Assembly: GCA_965203905.1 (NCBI GenBank)
Contig: CBDBDQ010000005.1
Span: forward strand, 1 to 64,000
DNA from: Spirochaetia bacterium
Lineage (GTDB): Bacteria; Spirochaetota; Spirochaetia; SZUA-6; Bin103
Length of the DNA stretch: 64,000 bases
Direction: 5' to 3'
Under the pieces are notes generated by a model that saw nothing but the letters and a program-made list of their open reading frames with translations, was not told the DNA's origin and did no database searches. Of the stretch, positions 28,903 through 38,147 are shown one piece after another. How positions within the stretch are numbered: the first letter of the stretch is position 1; the number at the start of each line of letters is the position of its first letter. The position numbers and the translations under genes were made by a program.

Positions 28903-29799
28903 CTACAGGTTGGGGGGCGGATCAAGAGGAGCGCACAGTCGACGGCGGAAGTCGCGCCTGAGCGGGTAGAGCCAGATGTCTTTGGTGGGCAGCGTGTGCA
29001 TTCGACGTACGTCGAGTTTGCCGCGTCCTTGGGTTTGTCCGACGTGGGTCCAGTTGGCGGCGCGGTAGCTGGTACCGGCGAAGCGGTCGGACTGCACGAA
29101 GGTCTCCAGCAGCAGCGGTCGGTACCCATAACGCGCCTGCCAGTCGGCGGGCAGCCGGCGGCTGATGCGCGCCAGCACGGTGGAAGCGAGATTGCACACC
29201 TGCACCCAAGGCAGGATCAAGAAGCGGGCGTTGTTCACCACCAGGTGCAGCCGCGCTTCGCGCTGGGCAACGCTCCAGCCGATGAAGCGGTCGCGAGGAG
29301 CCGCCTTCCAGGCGCTGGCGCCAAAGCCGACCACCGCCAGCACCTGCCGCTGGCAGGTGACCAAGTAGCGCTGCTGCGCACCCGGTAGCGGCGTATAGCC
29401 AAGGTAGTGGTAGCGGTCCACGTACTCGCGCCATAGGAGCGCTTCGCGCTGATCGGCCAGCGGTCGTACCTGCAGCGCGGGCAGCTCATCGACGCGGGCG
29501 CTGATCGGCAGCTCCGGTTCCGCCTGCGCGGTACGACGGCGGCGCAGCGTGCCGTTGTAGTGACGCCGCCGCGGCGCCGGCAGCCGGATGAGCCCGTCGC
29601 GGTGCATGCGCAGCATCGCGACGCGACAGCTCATGTCCTTCAGTTGTCCGTTGGCACGCCGCCAGTGCAGCCGTTCGCACACCACCTTCGAGAGGGCGAA
29701 CCGATGGCGGGTAGGGTCCTCAGCGATGAGCGCGCGGATCAACTGCAGCTCCTGCTCGCTGAAGGGCCGGCCGCAGTAGCGCACCGCCTCAGGCGGCAC
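28903..29799 (-). CDS. DUF4338 (DruA-like) protein within the IS
   Basis: RYCGR, HYLGY, RDRFIGW, NNARFLILPWV..NLAS, LLETFV and GTSYRAANW..VGQTQGRG motifs; its TAG stop lies inside the terminal inverted repeat. Confidence 0.88.
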   Translation of the reverse strand: MPPEAVRYCGRPFSEQELQLIRALIAEDPTRHRFALSKVVCERLHWRRANGQLKDMSCRVAMLRMHRDGLIRLPAPRRRHYNGTLRRRRTAQAEPELPISARVDELPALQVRPLADQREALLWREYVDRYHYLGYTPLPGAQQRYLVTCQRQVLAVVGFGASAWKAAPRDRFIGWSVAQREARLHLVVNNARFLILPWVQVCNLASTVLARISRRLPADWQARYGYRPLLLETFVQSDRFAGTSYRAANWTHVGQTQGRGKLDVRRMHTLPTKDIWLYPLRRDFRRRLCAPLDPPPNL

Positions 29800-31414
29800 G
29801 GTCGTCGACCAGCTTGGCGGGTGAGCCGCGGGGCAGCAAGCGCGCCTCGGGACGGTGCCAGGGCAGGAACCGCTCGTAGTCTTCAGGCACGCGAGCGCCG
29901 GCGACCGCACAGGCGCTCAGGTACTCGGTCAGCCAAGTACGCGGGTTGATCTGCCATCGTTCGAGGGTGTGGAACAGGCTGAACAGCGCCGCGCTCAACT
30001 CACCGCTCCACTGCGCCCCCGAGCCGTAGTAGTTCTTGCGCCCCACCACCGGGCCGCGCAGCGCACGCTCGGCTTGATTATTGTCCAGCGGCAAGTCGGG
30101 ATCCTCGACGAACCGCGTCAGCCCCTGCCAGTGGTTGCGCATGCTGCGCAGCACCTTCGCACACGCTGCCGCCAGCTTCGGCTGCTGCGCCAGTTCGCGC
30201 TCTCGTCGCTCTTCCATCGCCTGCACCACCGCCCGCAACGCCGCATCGGCCGCCGCGTACTGCGCGGGCTCACCACGCACCTCAAGACGCTCGTCGTTCA
30301 GGCGATACAGCGTAGCGATGTCAGCCAGCCACTGCTCGGCCCACTCCTGCTGATCGTCCCGCTCATGGGCTACCGTGATGAAGTCGCGGCGCATGTGCAC
30401 CCAGCAGAACGACAACTCCAGCTCGGTATCCTTGGCCAGCCGCTTGTACGAGGAGAAGCGGTCGACGCTCACCACGCCCCCCGTCACGGTCGCAAAATGC
30501 TGCTTCGGCACCCGCGCCGAACGGGTTGGATCGAGCGTGAATACCACCACCTCGGCACTCCAGAACAGCCACAGACACCAGCGCTGGCAGGTGTCCTCGC
30601 TGGCCGCCTCGAACACCTGCCAGCTGGTCTCGTCAGCATGCCAGTGCTCGCTCGTGCGGCTGCGTTCGATCAGCGCCTCGCGCAGTGGCGCGAACAACGG
30701 CGCCAGACGCCGCAGACCGTCGGTGACGGTGCCTTGGGCAAGATCCAGCCCATGCGTGCGTAGATCCGCGAGCAACCGATGCGTGGGCCGGTACAGCAGA
30801 TACTTGTCGAGCAGCACCGTCACCCAGATCGAGATCCCCAGGATGCCGTTCGGGATCAGCCGTGGCGGCGCTGGCGCCGTGAGCACCGCCGCGGCCGCCG
30901 TGCACTGGCAGCTGCGGCGGTAGCGCCGCCGCTTGATCACCCGCCGGTAGGCGCGCACCTCGACTTCCAACTGCTCGGAATCCTCGCTGCCGTGCGAATG
31001 ATACTCAGCGCCGCAGGCCGCGCAGCGGCGCCGGTCCGGGGCAACGTCGTGTGCTTCAACCTGTACCGGCAGGTGTGCGTGCCGGCGCCGACCATGGCTT
31101 GGCGCCCCGGGTTGCTGACCGCGGCGCCGCGGTGGCGCGGCGGTTGCCTCAGGAGCGCCGCCACTCCTGGTTCGCTTCTCGCTGCCGCGGCGCCGTGCCC
31201 AGCGTTCCCGCAGGCGCTGGCGCAGTTCCTTGAGCTTGGCCCGTGCCGCTTGCAGTTTCTGTTTCAGCCGTTGCTCGCGCGCTACCGCCTTGCCGTGCAT
31301 CCTGCGGTAATAGCGCGCCTGTCGTCGCAGCTCTACTACCTCGCACCGCAACTCGTCCATCTGGCTCTGGCACGCCGCCGTGCAGCCACTCGTTTTCCGC
31401 CAGAACCCTCCCAC
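29789..31414 (-). CDS. tnpC: IS66-family DDE transposase
   Basis: Coiled coil, RGQQPG..HGR, CxxC...CxC Zn finger, HADETSW, DRFSSY, CWVHMRRDF and DNNQAERALR motifs. Confidence 0.93.
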   Translation of the reverse strand: MGGFWRKTSGCTAACQSQMDELRCEVVELRRQARYYRRMHGKAVAREQRLKQKLQAARAKLKELRQRLRERWARRRGSEKRTRSGGAPEATAAPPRRRGQQPGAPSHGRRRHAHLPVQVEAHDVAPDRRRCAACGAEYHSHGSEDSEQLEVEVRAYRRVIKRRRYRRSCQCTAAAAVLTAPAPPRLIPNGILGISIWVTVLLDKYLLYRPTHRLLADLRTHGLDLAQGTVTDGLRRLAPLFAPLREALIERSRTSEHWHADETSWQVFEAASEDTCQRWCLWLFWSAEVVVFTLDPTRSARVPKQHFATVTGGVVSVDRFSSYKRLAKDTELELSFCWVHMRRDFITVAHERDDQQEWAEQWLADIATLYRLNDERLEVRGEPAQYAAADAALRAVVQAMEERRERELAQQPKLAAACAKVLRSMRNHWQGLTRFVEDPDLPLDNNQAERALRGPVVGRKNYYGSGAQWSGELSAALFSLFHTLERWQINPRTWLTEYLSACAVAGARVPEDYERFLPWHRPEARLLPRGSPAKLVDDRAA

Positions 31415-32636
31415 ACCTCATTCGTAGCACACCGGTCCGGATGTGTCCAGCGGTCCCACACCGGTAGACCGAATGTTTACTGCGGATCGAATGGCTGACC
31501 GACGAGGCGCTCGACACCTCAGCGATCGAGGGAGAAATCCTGGACCGTGCCTCGGTGCAGTCGTCGATCCGGCGTCACTTCGGCCTCGGAACCGACCCGC
31601 GGCGCGTCTCGCCCGCCGTGGCCGGTGTCGCCGAGATGATGGTGGACGTCTACCGGACCTTTGCTGCTCCACTTGACCATGAAACCCTTTGGCGGTGGCA
31701 CGGGACGCTCATGCGCGAACGCCACTGGCTTACGGTGATCGGCGGATACCGGCAGCACCAGGAGCCAATGCAGGTGGTCTCCGGCCCCGACTACCGGCGC
31801 AGAGTTCACTATGAAGCGCCGCCGTCCCACCTGATGATGACCGAGATGGAGCGCTTCATCGGGTGGTACGAGCGCACGCGCGAGATGTCCGCGCTCGTCC
31901 GTGCCGGAGTAGCTCATTTCTACTTCGAGTGCATCCATCCGTTCGAAGATGGCAACGGTCGGATTGGCCGCGCGCTGGCCGAGAAGGCGCTGGCCCAATC
32001 GCTCGGTGAACCGACTCTGATTGCGCTTTCGCGAGCGATCATCCTCCGTCAGGCGGCCTACTACGCGGCGCTGGAGTCAGCCGGCCGTTCACTCGACATC
32101 ACCGACTGGCTGCTGTGGTTCGCCGAAACCGTGCTGGAAGGGCAGAGCTGGAGCGAGCGCCGGCTGGTCCGGCTGAATCGAGCAAACGCGGATGTTCGAC
32201 CGGCTGCGAGGGCGCCTGAATCCACGCCAGGAGAAGGCTCTGCTGCGCCTGTTTCGAGAAGAGCCCGAGGGTTTCCAAGGCGGGCTGAGCGCCGACAACT
32301 ACCGTCGAATTACGCGCGCATCCGCCTCTACCGCCACGCGAGACCTCGCCGACCTGGTCGCCAACGGAGCACTGCGTCGAACCGGAGAGCGCCGCCACAC
32401 GCGCTACTGGCTTAACCTGCCATCGTTCGATTGATAGTAGTGTGGTGTCCCGCAGGTTCGTGCTCACGCGCCGCGCGCCGGCGCCGGGGTCGCGCCACCC
32501 GACGAGGTGGCCGTGGGACTGCGCCGCCCGGTTGCTGCCGCTACGCCGGCGCCGCTGGCGCCCGCCGCGTTTGACAAGCGCCAGGCGCTGGCCAATCATC
32601 GGTGCCCGCGACTCCAGGAAGTCGCGAGGAGGAGAC

Positions 32637-34643
32637 ATGAGCAGACCATTGCTTCCGCTCGTCGTCGCAGCGTTGCTGAGCTGTTCGGTGCTGGCGTTCG
32701 CAGGCGGCACTGCCGATTCCGGCGCCGCCGAGACCACTGCCGCGGTACGCACCGGGCAGTACGGTGAAGCGCCGATGCTGGCCGCCCTGGTCGCGGCCGG
32801 CGAGCTGCCGCCGGTGGACGAACGGCTGCCGCTGAACCCGGCGGTGCACGCCCCGCTGGAGGAGATCGGACAGTACGGCGGCACCGTGCGGGTGTTCGCC
32901 ATCGACAACTGGCCGTGGCAGGACATGACCGAGAGCGTCGAGCGCGGCCCCTACATGCTGAAGGCGGTAGACGGCAAGCTGGTGCCCGACATCGCCGAGT
33001 CGGCGGAGATGGCCGAGGATCAGACATCCGTGACCATCCGGCTGCGCGAGGGGCACAAGTGGTCGGACGGCATGCCGCTGACCGCGGACGACGTCGTGTT
33101 CCAGTTCGCGGCGATGCACAACCACCCCGAGATCGTTACCTACAAGACCAGCCCATTCGTCCAGAACGCGGTAAAGGTGGACGAGCAGACGGTGCGCCTG
33201 GAGTTCGACGCGCCGCATCCGGAGATGCTGGTGAAGCTGGCCATCTGGCATGGCGGCGACTGGGAGATGCTGGCGCCCAAGCATTACCTCTCCAAGTGGC
33301 ACCTCGACTACAACGACCAGGCCAACGAGGTGGCCAAGGAGGAGGGCCACGAAACCTGGCAGCAGGCGTTCACCGACCATTTCTTCTGGAAGCCTTCGAC
33401 CGACATCGATCTGCCGGTGGTGCAGGGCTGGCGCTTCACCGAGATCACCCCCACCGTGCGGGTGTTCGAGCGCAACCCCTACTACCACCGCGTCGACACC
33501 GCGGGCAACCAGCTTCCCTACATCGACCACATCGTCTCCACCGTGGTGGAGAAGGAAGTCTACACCCTCAAGATCATCGGCGGTGAAGCCGACCTCGCGT
33601 ACGGCCAGACCAGCCTGGAGAACTATGCGCTCTACAAGGAGAACGAGGAGCAGGGTGACTACATGGTGACGCTGATTCCCGGGCTCTCGGCCGCGGCCGT
33701 CGGGGTGGTCCTGAACCAGAACCACAACGAGCCGTGGCGGGCGGAGCTGTACCAGGAGCTGAGCTTCCGGCGCGCCCTCTCCCTGGCCATCAACCGCGAG
33801 GAGATAAACGAGCAGGTGTTCTTCGGCCTCGCCACCCCGCGCCAGGCGGCGCCGGCCCCCGCCTACAGCTACTACCAGGACGAGTGGGGCCGTTCGTGGG
33901 CGGACTACGACCCCGACCAGGCCAATGCCCTGCTCGACGAGATCGGCATGACCGAGCGCACTCGCGACGGGTTCCGGCGCGCACCCGGTGGCGAGGAGCT
34001 GCAGATTCTGATCGAGTACTCCGAGAACCTCCCGGTGGCGGCGATGGAGCTGATCAAGGAGTACTGGGAGGCGGTCGGCGTGAAGGTGCTGCTCAAGGTG
34101 GAGACCGAGCAGTCGCGCAACGTCACCCGGACGCTGAACGAGCATGACGCTCGCGCCGGGCGGACCGGCGGCTCCGAGTCCGGCTGGTACATCACCGGCG
34201 GCGGCGAGTCGTTCACCTGCAACCGCTCGCGCGGCGTGACCAAGGATTCGCGCTGGATGCCGTGCGGCACCGACAACGGCTGGGGCTGGCAGTGGGGCAA
34301 GTGGCTCGCCGCCAACGCCGCCATCGAGGCCGGCACCCACACGCTGGCCGACTTCGGCGGCGAAATGCCCGGCTGGGAGCCGCCGCAGGAGGTGAAGGAC
34401 CTCGACGAGTGGTCGTGGGCGTTGCGCGTCACCGAGTTCGGTTCCCCCGAGTACGTCGAGCTGGCAAGCAACATCGCGCAGCTGCAGGCCGACAAGCTGT
34501 GGGTGATCGGCGTCGTGGGGCTCAACCCCACCGCCTATATCTCCCGCAGCAACATTGGCAATGTCCCCACCCAGTACGGGATTGGCGTGACCTGGCCGGT
34601 GGGGCTGAACCACTGGGGCGACCAGCTCTTCTTCCGCCAGTAG
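32637..34643 (+). CDS. Family-5 ABC substrate-binding protein, paralogue 1
   Basis: YGEAPMLAALVAAGELPPVDERLP and NPYY.RVDTAGNQLPYID motifs; GGAGG RBS; TTGACA at 32571. Confidence 0.92.
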   Translation: MSRPLLPLVVAALLSCSVLAFAGGTADSGAAETTAAVRTGQYGEAPMLAALVAAGELPPVDERLPLNPAVHAPLEEIGQYGGTVRVFAIDNWPWQDMTESVERGPYMLKAVDGKLVPDIAESAEMAEDQTSVTIRLREGHKWSDGMPLTADDVVFQFAAMHNHPEIVTYKTSPFVQNAVKVDEQTVRLEFDAPHPEMLVKLAIWHGGDWEMLAPKHYLSKWHLDYNDQANEVAKEEGHETWQQAFTDHFFWKPSTDIDLPVVQGWRFTEITPTVRVFERNPYYHRVDTAGNQLPYIDHIVSTVVEKEVYTLKIIGGEADLAYGQTSLENYALYKENEEQGDYMVTLIPGLSAAAVGVVLNQNHNEPWRAELYQELSFRRALSLAINREEINEQVFFGLATPRQAAPAPAYSYYQDEWGRSWADYDPDQANALLDEIGMTERTRDGFRRAPGGEELQILIEYSENLPVAAMELIKEYWEAVGVKVLLKVETEQSRNVTRTLNEHDARAGRTGGSESGWYITGGGESFTCNRSRGVTKDSRWMPCGTDNGWGWQWGKWLAANAAIEAGTHTLADFGGEMPGWEPPQEVKDLDEWSWALRVTEFGSPEYVELASNIAQLQADKLWVIGVVGLNPTAYISRSNIGNVPTQYGIGVTWPVGLNHWGDQLFFRQ

Positions 34644-34670
34644 CGTCGCTCAGGCAGCAACGCCTCTGCG

Positions 34671-34710
34671 GCTCCACGGAGGTGCGGGCCCACCCGCGCC
34701 TCCGTGGAGC
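34671..34710. repeat. REP-like palindrome, copy 1
   Basis: GCTCCACGGAGGTGCGGG-ccca-CCCGCGCCTCCGTGGAGC, an 18-bp stem with one G:T pair. Confidence 0.7.
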
Positions 34711-34814
34711 GTGGGGCCACCGTGGCCATGGGGCGCGGGCTGGACGCTTGACAAGCGGCGGCTCAGGCCTGACGATCAGTCCCTGAATTTCCGACATCCC
34801 ACAAGGAGGGAGAG

Positions 34815-36824
34815 ATGATGAAGAGACAGTGCATGCTGATCGCGTGCCTGCTGCTCGGCGGTTCGCTGCTGGCGTTCGCCGGCGCCACCGACGAGGGTTC
34901 GAGCGGCGAGGCGATGGCCGTCGAACGCACCGGAGAGTATGGCGAGGCGCCGATGCTGGCCGCCCTGGTGGCCGCCGGCGAGCTGCCGCCGGTGGACGAG
35001 CGGCTGCCGGTGAACCCGTCGGTGCGCACCCCGATCGAAGAGGTCGGAACGTACGGCGGCACGGTGCGCGTGTTCGCCCTCGACAACTGGCCGTGGCAGG
35101 ACATGACCGAGAGCGTCGAACGCGGTCCCTACATGCTCAAGGGGGTCGACGGCAAGCTGTTGCCCGACGTGGCCGAGTCGGTGCAGATGGCCGCCGACAA
35201 TACCTCGGTGACGATCACCCTGCGCGAAGGACACAAGTGGTCCGACGGTCACCCCGTGAGCTCCGACGACGTGGTGTTCCAGTTCATGTCGATGCACAAC
35301 CACCCCGATGTCGTGACCTACAAGAAGAGCCCGTTCGTCACCAACGCGGTCGCGGTCGACGCCCAGACCGTGCGCCTGGAGTTCGACTCGCCGCACCCCG
35401 AGATGCTGGTCAAGCTGGCCACCTGGCACGGCGGCGACTGGGAGATGCTGAAGCCCAAGCACTACCTCAAGAAGTGGCACATCGACTTCAACGACAAGGC
35501 CAACGAGGTGGCCAAGGAGGAGGGTCACGAGACCTGGCAGCAGGCGTTCACCGACCACTTCTTCTGGAAGCCCTCGACCGATCTCGACCTGCCGGTGATT
35601 CAGGCTTGGCGCTTCACCGAGATCACCCCCACCGTGCGGGTGTTCGAGCGCAACCCCTACTACCTGCGCGTCGATACCGCCGGCAACCAGCTCCCCTACA
35701 TCGACCGCATCGTCTCCACCGTGGTGGAGAAGGAGGTGTACAACCTCAAGATCATCGGCGGCGAAGCCGACCTGGCGTACGGTCAGACCAGCCTGGAGAA
35801 CTTCGCCCTCTACAAGGAGAACGAAGAGGCCGGCGACTACCGGGTGACGCTGATTCCGGGGCTGTCCGCCGCCGAGGTGGGGCTGGTCCTGAACCAGAAC
35901 CACTTGCAGGAATGGCGGGCGGAACTGTATCAGGACGTGCGCTTCCGGCGCGCCCTGTCGCTGGCCATCAACCGCGACGAGGTGAACGAACAGGTGTTCT
36001 TCGGCCTGTCGACCCCGCGGCAGGCGGCCGTGCCGCCGGTGCACAGCTACTACCAGGAGGAGTGGGGCAAGGCGTGGGCCGACTACGACCCGGACCAGGC
36101 CAACGCCCTGCTTGACGAGATCGGCATGACCGAGCGCACGCGGGACGGCTTCCGGAGCGCTCCGGGCGGCGAGGAGCTGCAGATCCTGATCGAGTACGCC
36201 GAGGGCACACCCGTGCCGGCGATGGAGTTGATCAAGGAGTACTGGGAGGCGGTCGGCGTCAAGGTGCTGCTGAAGGTGGAGACCGGCCAGTCGCGCAACG
36301 TCACCCGCACGCTGAACGAGCATGACGTGCGGGCGAGCGGCATCGGCGAGGCATCGGAGACGGGCAATTACATCACCGGCGGCGGCGAGCAGTTCACCTG
36401 CAACCGGTCGCGGGGCGTCACCGCGGATTCGCGCTGGATGCCGTGCGGCACCGACAACGGCTGGGGCTGGCAGTGGGGCAAGTGGCTGGCCGCCAACGCC
36501 GCCATCGAGGCCGGCACCCACACGCTGGCCGACTTCGGCGGCGAGATGCCCGGCTGGGAGCCGCCGCAGGAGATCAAGGACCTGGACGAGTGGTCGTGGG
36601 CGATCCGCGTTACCGAGTTCGGCTCCCCCGAGTACGTCGAGCTGGCAACCAACATCTCGCAACTGCAGGCTGACAAGCTGTGGGCGATCGGCGTGGTGGG
36701 CATGAGCCCGACCATCTACATCTCGCGCAGCAACATCGGCAACGTCCCCAAGGAGTACAGCATCGGCGTGGAGTGGCCGATCGGCCTCAACTACTGGGGC
36801 GACCAGCTCTTCTTCCGCCAGTAG
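34815..36824 (+). CDS. Family-5 ABC substrate-binding protein, paralogue 2
   Basis: Collinear with and highly similar to paralogue 1; preceded by the same TTGACAAGCG. Confidence 0.92.
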   Translation: MMKRQCMLIACLLLGGSLLAFAGATDEGSSGEAMAVERTGEYGEAPMLAALVAAGELPPVDERLPVNPSVRTPIEEVGTYGGTVRVFALDNWPWQDMTESVERGPYMLKGVDGKLLPDVAESVQMAADNTSVTITLREGHKWSDGHPVSSDDVVFQFMSMHNHPDVVTYKKSPFVTNAVAVDAQTVRLEFDSPHPEMLVKLATWHGGDWEMLKPKHYLKKWHIDFNDKANEVAKEEGHETWQQAFTDHFFWKPSTDLDLPVIQAWRFTEITPTVRVFERNPYYLRVDTAGNQLPYIDRIVSTVVEKEVYNLKIIGGEADLAYGQTSLENFALYKENEEAGDYRVTLIPGLSAAEVGLVLNQNHLQEWRAELYQDVRFRRALSLAINRDEVNEQVFFGLSTPRQAAVPPVHSYYQEEWGKAWADYDPDQANALLDEIGMTERTRDGFRSAPGGEELQILIEYAEGTPVPAMELIKEYWEAVGVKVLLKVETGQSRNVTRTLNEHDVRASGIGEASETGNYITGGGEQFTCNRSRGVTADSRWMPCGTDNGWGWQWGKWLAANAAIEAGTHTLADFGGEMPGWEPPQEIKDLDEWSWAIRVTEFGSPEYVELATNISQLQADKLWAIGVVGMSPTIYISRSNIGNVPKEYSIGVEWPIGLNYWGDQLFFRQ

Positions 36825-36861
36825 CAGCCGAGCTACCTGGCAGCCGTTCCGGTTGCACTTC

Positions 36862-36891
36862 ACGGAGGCGCGGGGCAGCCCGCGCCTCCGT
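36862..36891. repeat. REP-like palindrome, copy 2
   Basis: ACGGAGGCGCGGG-gcag-CCCGCGCCTCCGT, a 13-bp stem with the same core as copy 1. Confidence 0.7.
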
Positions 36892-36895
36892 TGCG

Positions 36896-38134
36896 TCAGG
36901 ACGGCACCCGCGCCGCGGGCTTCTCCCGCTTGCCGTTGAGCAGCGTGCCAAGCGGGGTGTAGCGCACCAGGTAGCGGTACGAAACCACCCCGACGACGCT
37001 GGTGGCGACAAATGCGACCGAGAATTTCAGCTCGGGCCCCCAGTCGAAGCCGGTCAGGGCGGCCAGCCGTCCCGACGCGTCCAGATGGGCCAGCCAGAAG
37101 GTCAGAAACGCCACCACGGGCAGGTGCATGAGGTAGATCCAGTAGGATGAATCGGCCATCCAGCGCACCCAGCGGCGCGGAGTCCTGAGGAGCACTGCAA
37201 AGCTGCCCACCAGGGCCAGGCTGAGCAGCACCGCCGCCGAACCGTAGGCCAGGGTGTCGACCACCGTAACGATCCCCACCGCGGTGCCGGCCAGGCCCTG
37301 GTCCTGCGCGCCCAGGGCGGCGACGTGGACGGCATGGGCCAGCATTCCCGCCGTCCACAACCCGGCGAGCCTGCTCCTCCCCCGCAGCCGGTCCAGGAGT
37401 TGACGCCGGGGCCACAAGCCATGGCCGTAGAAGAAGAAGAGCGCCGCGTACAGCAGGTCGGGAACGTTGGGCGGCCAGATCGGCTTCGACTCGTCGCCGC
37501 CGCGTGCCGCGAGCAGCAGCGCCGCCGCCAGCATAAGCAACAACGGCGCACGGGCGTAGATCCAGCCGCTCAGCCGGCGCCCGATCGCCGGAGCGGCCGG
37601 CACCGCACGCAGAGCCGCGCGCCACGCGAGCAGCGCCGCGTACAGCAAGAGCAGGTACCAGAGGAACCAGAGGTGCGCCAGGGGTATGCCTTGAGAGATC
37701 AGGCTCGGCCACTTGCGTGGATCGAGCATCCGCAGATCGACGGCGAACTCCCCCTTCCAGCCGTACCACCACAGCGCCGGAATGAGCACCGCCATCACGA
37801 CGGCAAACAGCACCAGGGGCACGCCGATGCGGCACAGCCGGTCGCGCACGAACTCCGACGGGGATCGGCGCTCCAGCACCAGGTGGGCGAAGAAGCCGGC
37901 CAGCAGGAAGAACACGGGCATGCGCCAAGCGTGGATGTAGTCGAACAGCAAGAGCAGTGCCAGCGACTGGTCGGGGTCGGCCGGCCACATGAACTCGATC
38001 CCCGCCAGCCGCGAGAAGTAGGGCAGCGTGGCGTGCACCACCACGCCCAGCAGCATGGCGAAAGCGCGCAGCCCGTCCAGCCCGTGGTAGCGGCTCGGGG
38101 GCGCCTGGCGAGGAGACGCTGCGGCGGCACTCAT
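36896..38134 (-). CDS. Acyltransferase-3 family membrane protein (OpgC/MdoC-like)
   Basis: LDGLRAFAMLLGVVVH, RMPVFFLLAGFF, HLWFL and SSYWIYLMHLP motifs. Confidence 0.88.
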   Translation of the reverse strand: MSAAAASPRQAPPSRYHGLDGLRAFAMLLGVVVHATLPYFSRLAGIEFMWPADPDQSLALLLLFDYIHAWRMPVFFLLAGFFAHLVLERRSPSEFVRDRLCRIGVPLVLFAVVMAVLIPALWWYGWKGEFAVDLRMLDPRKWPSLISQGIPLAHLWFLWYLLLLYAALLAWRAALRAVPAAPAIGRRLSGWIYARAPLLLMLAAALLLAARGGDESKPIWPPNVPDLLYAALFFFYGHGLWPRRQLLDRLRGRSRLAGLWTAGMLAHAVHVAALGAQDQGLAGTAVGIVTVVDTLAYGSAAVLLSLALVGSFAVLLRTPRRWVRWMADSSYWIYLMHLPVVAFLTFWLAHLDASGRLAALTGFDWGPELKFSVAFVATSVVGVVSYRYLVRYTPLGTLLNGKREKPAARVPS

Positions 38135-38147
38135 GGGCCTTTAGCAG

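Larger units (their letters stand above)
28890..31480 (-). mobile_element. IS66-family insertion sequence (2,591 bp) carrying TnpC and a DUF4338 passenger
   Basis: Ends GTAAGTATTCGGTCTAC and GTAAACATTCGGTCTAC (reverse complement); 8-bp target duplication TGCGGATC at 28882-28889 and 31481-31488. Confidence 0.95.
28737..32434 (+). pseudogene. Fic-family protein (DUF4172-Fic-wHTH), interrupted by the IS66-type element and a +1 frameshift at about 32176
   Basis: MAWIWQQPGWP...DLRI|EWLTDEALDTSAIEGE rejoins in frame across the element; HPFEDGNGRIGR Fic motif; C-terminal ASTATRDLADLV HTH is in another frame. Confidence 0.92.

Noticed and set aside
28903-29799. Druantia anti-phage system
   Set aside because: Only a DUF4338 gene is present, inside an IS; there is no DruE helicase or other Dru gene.
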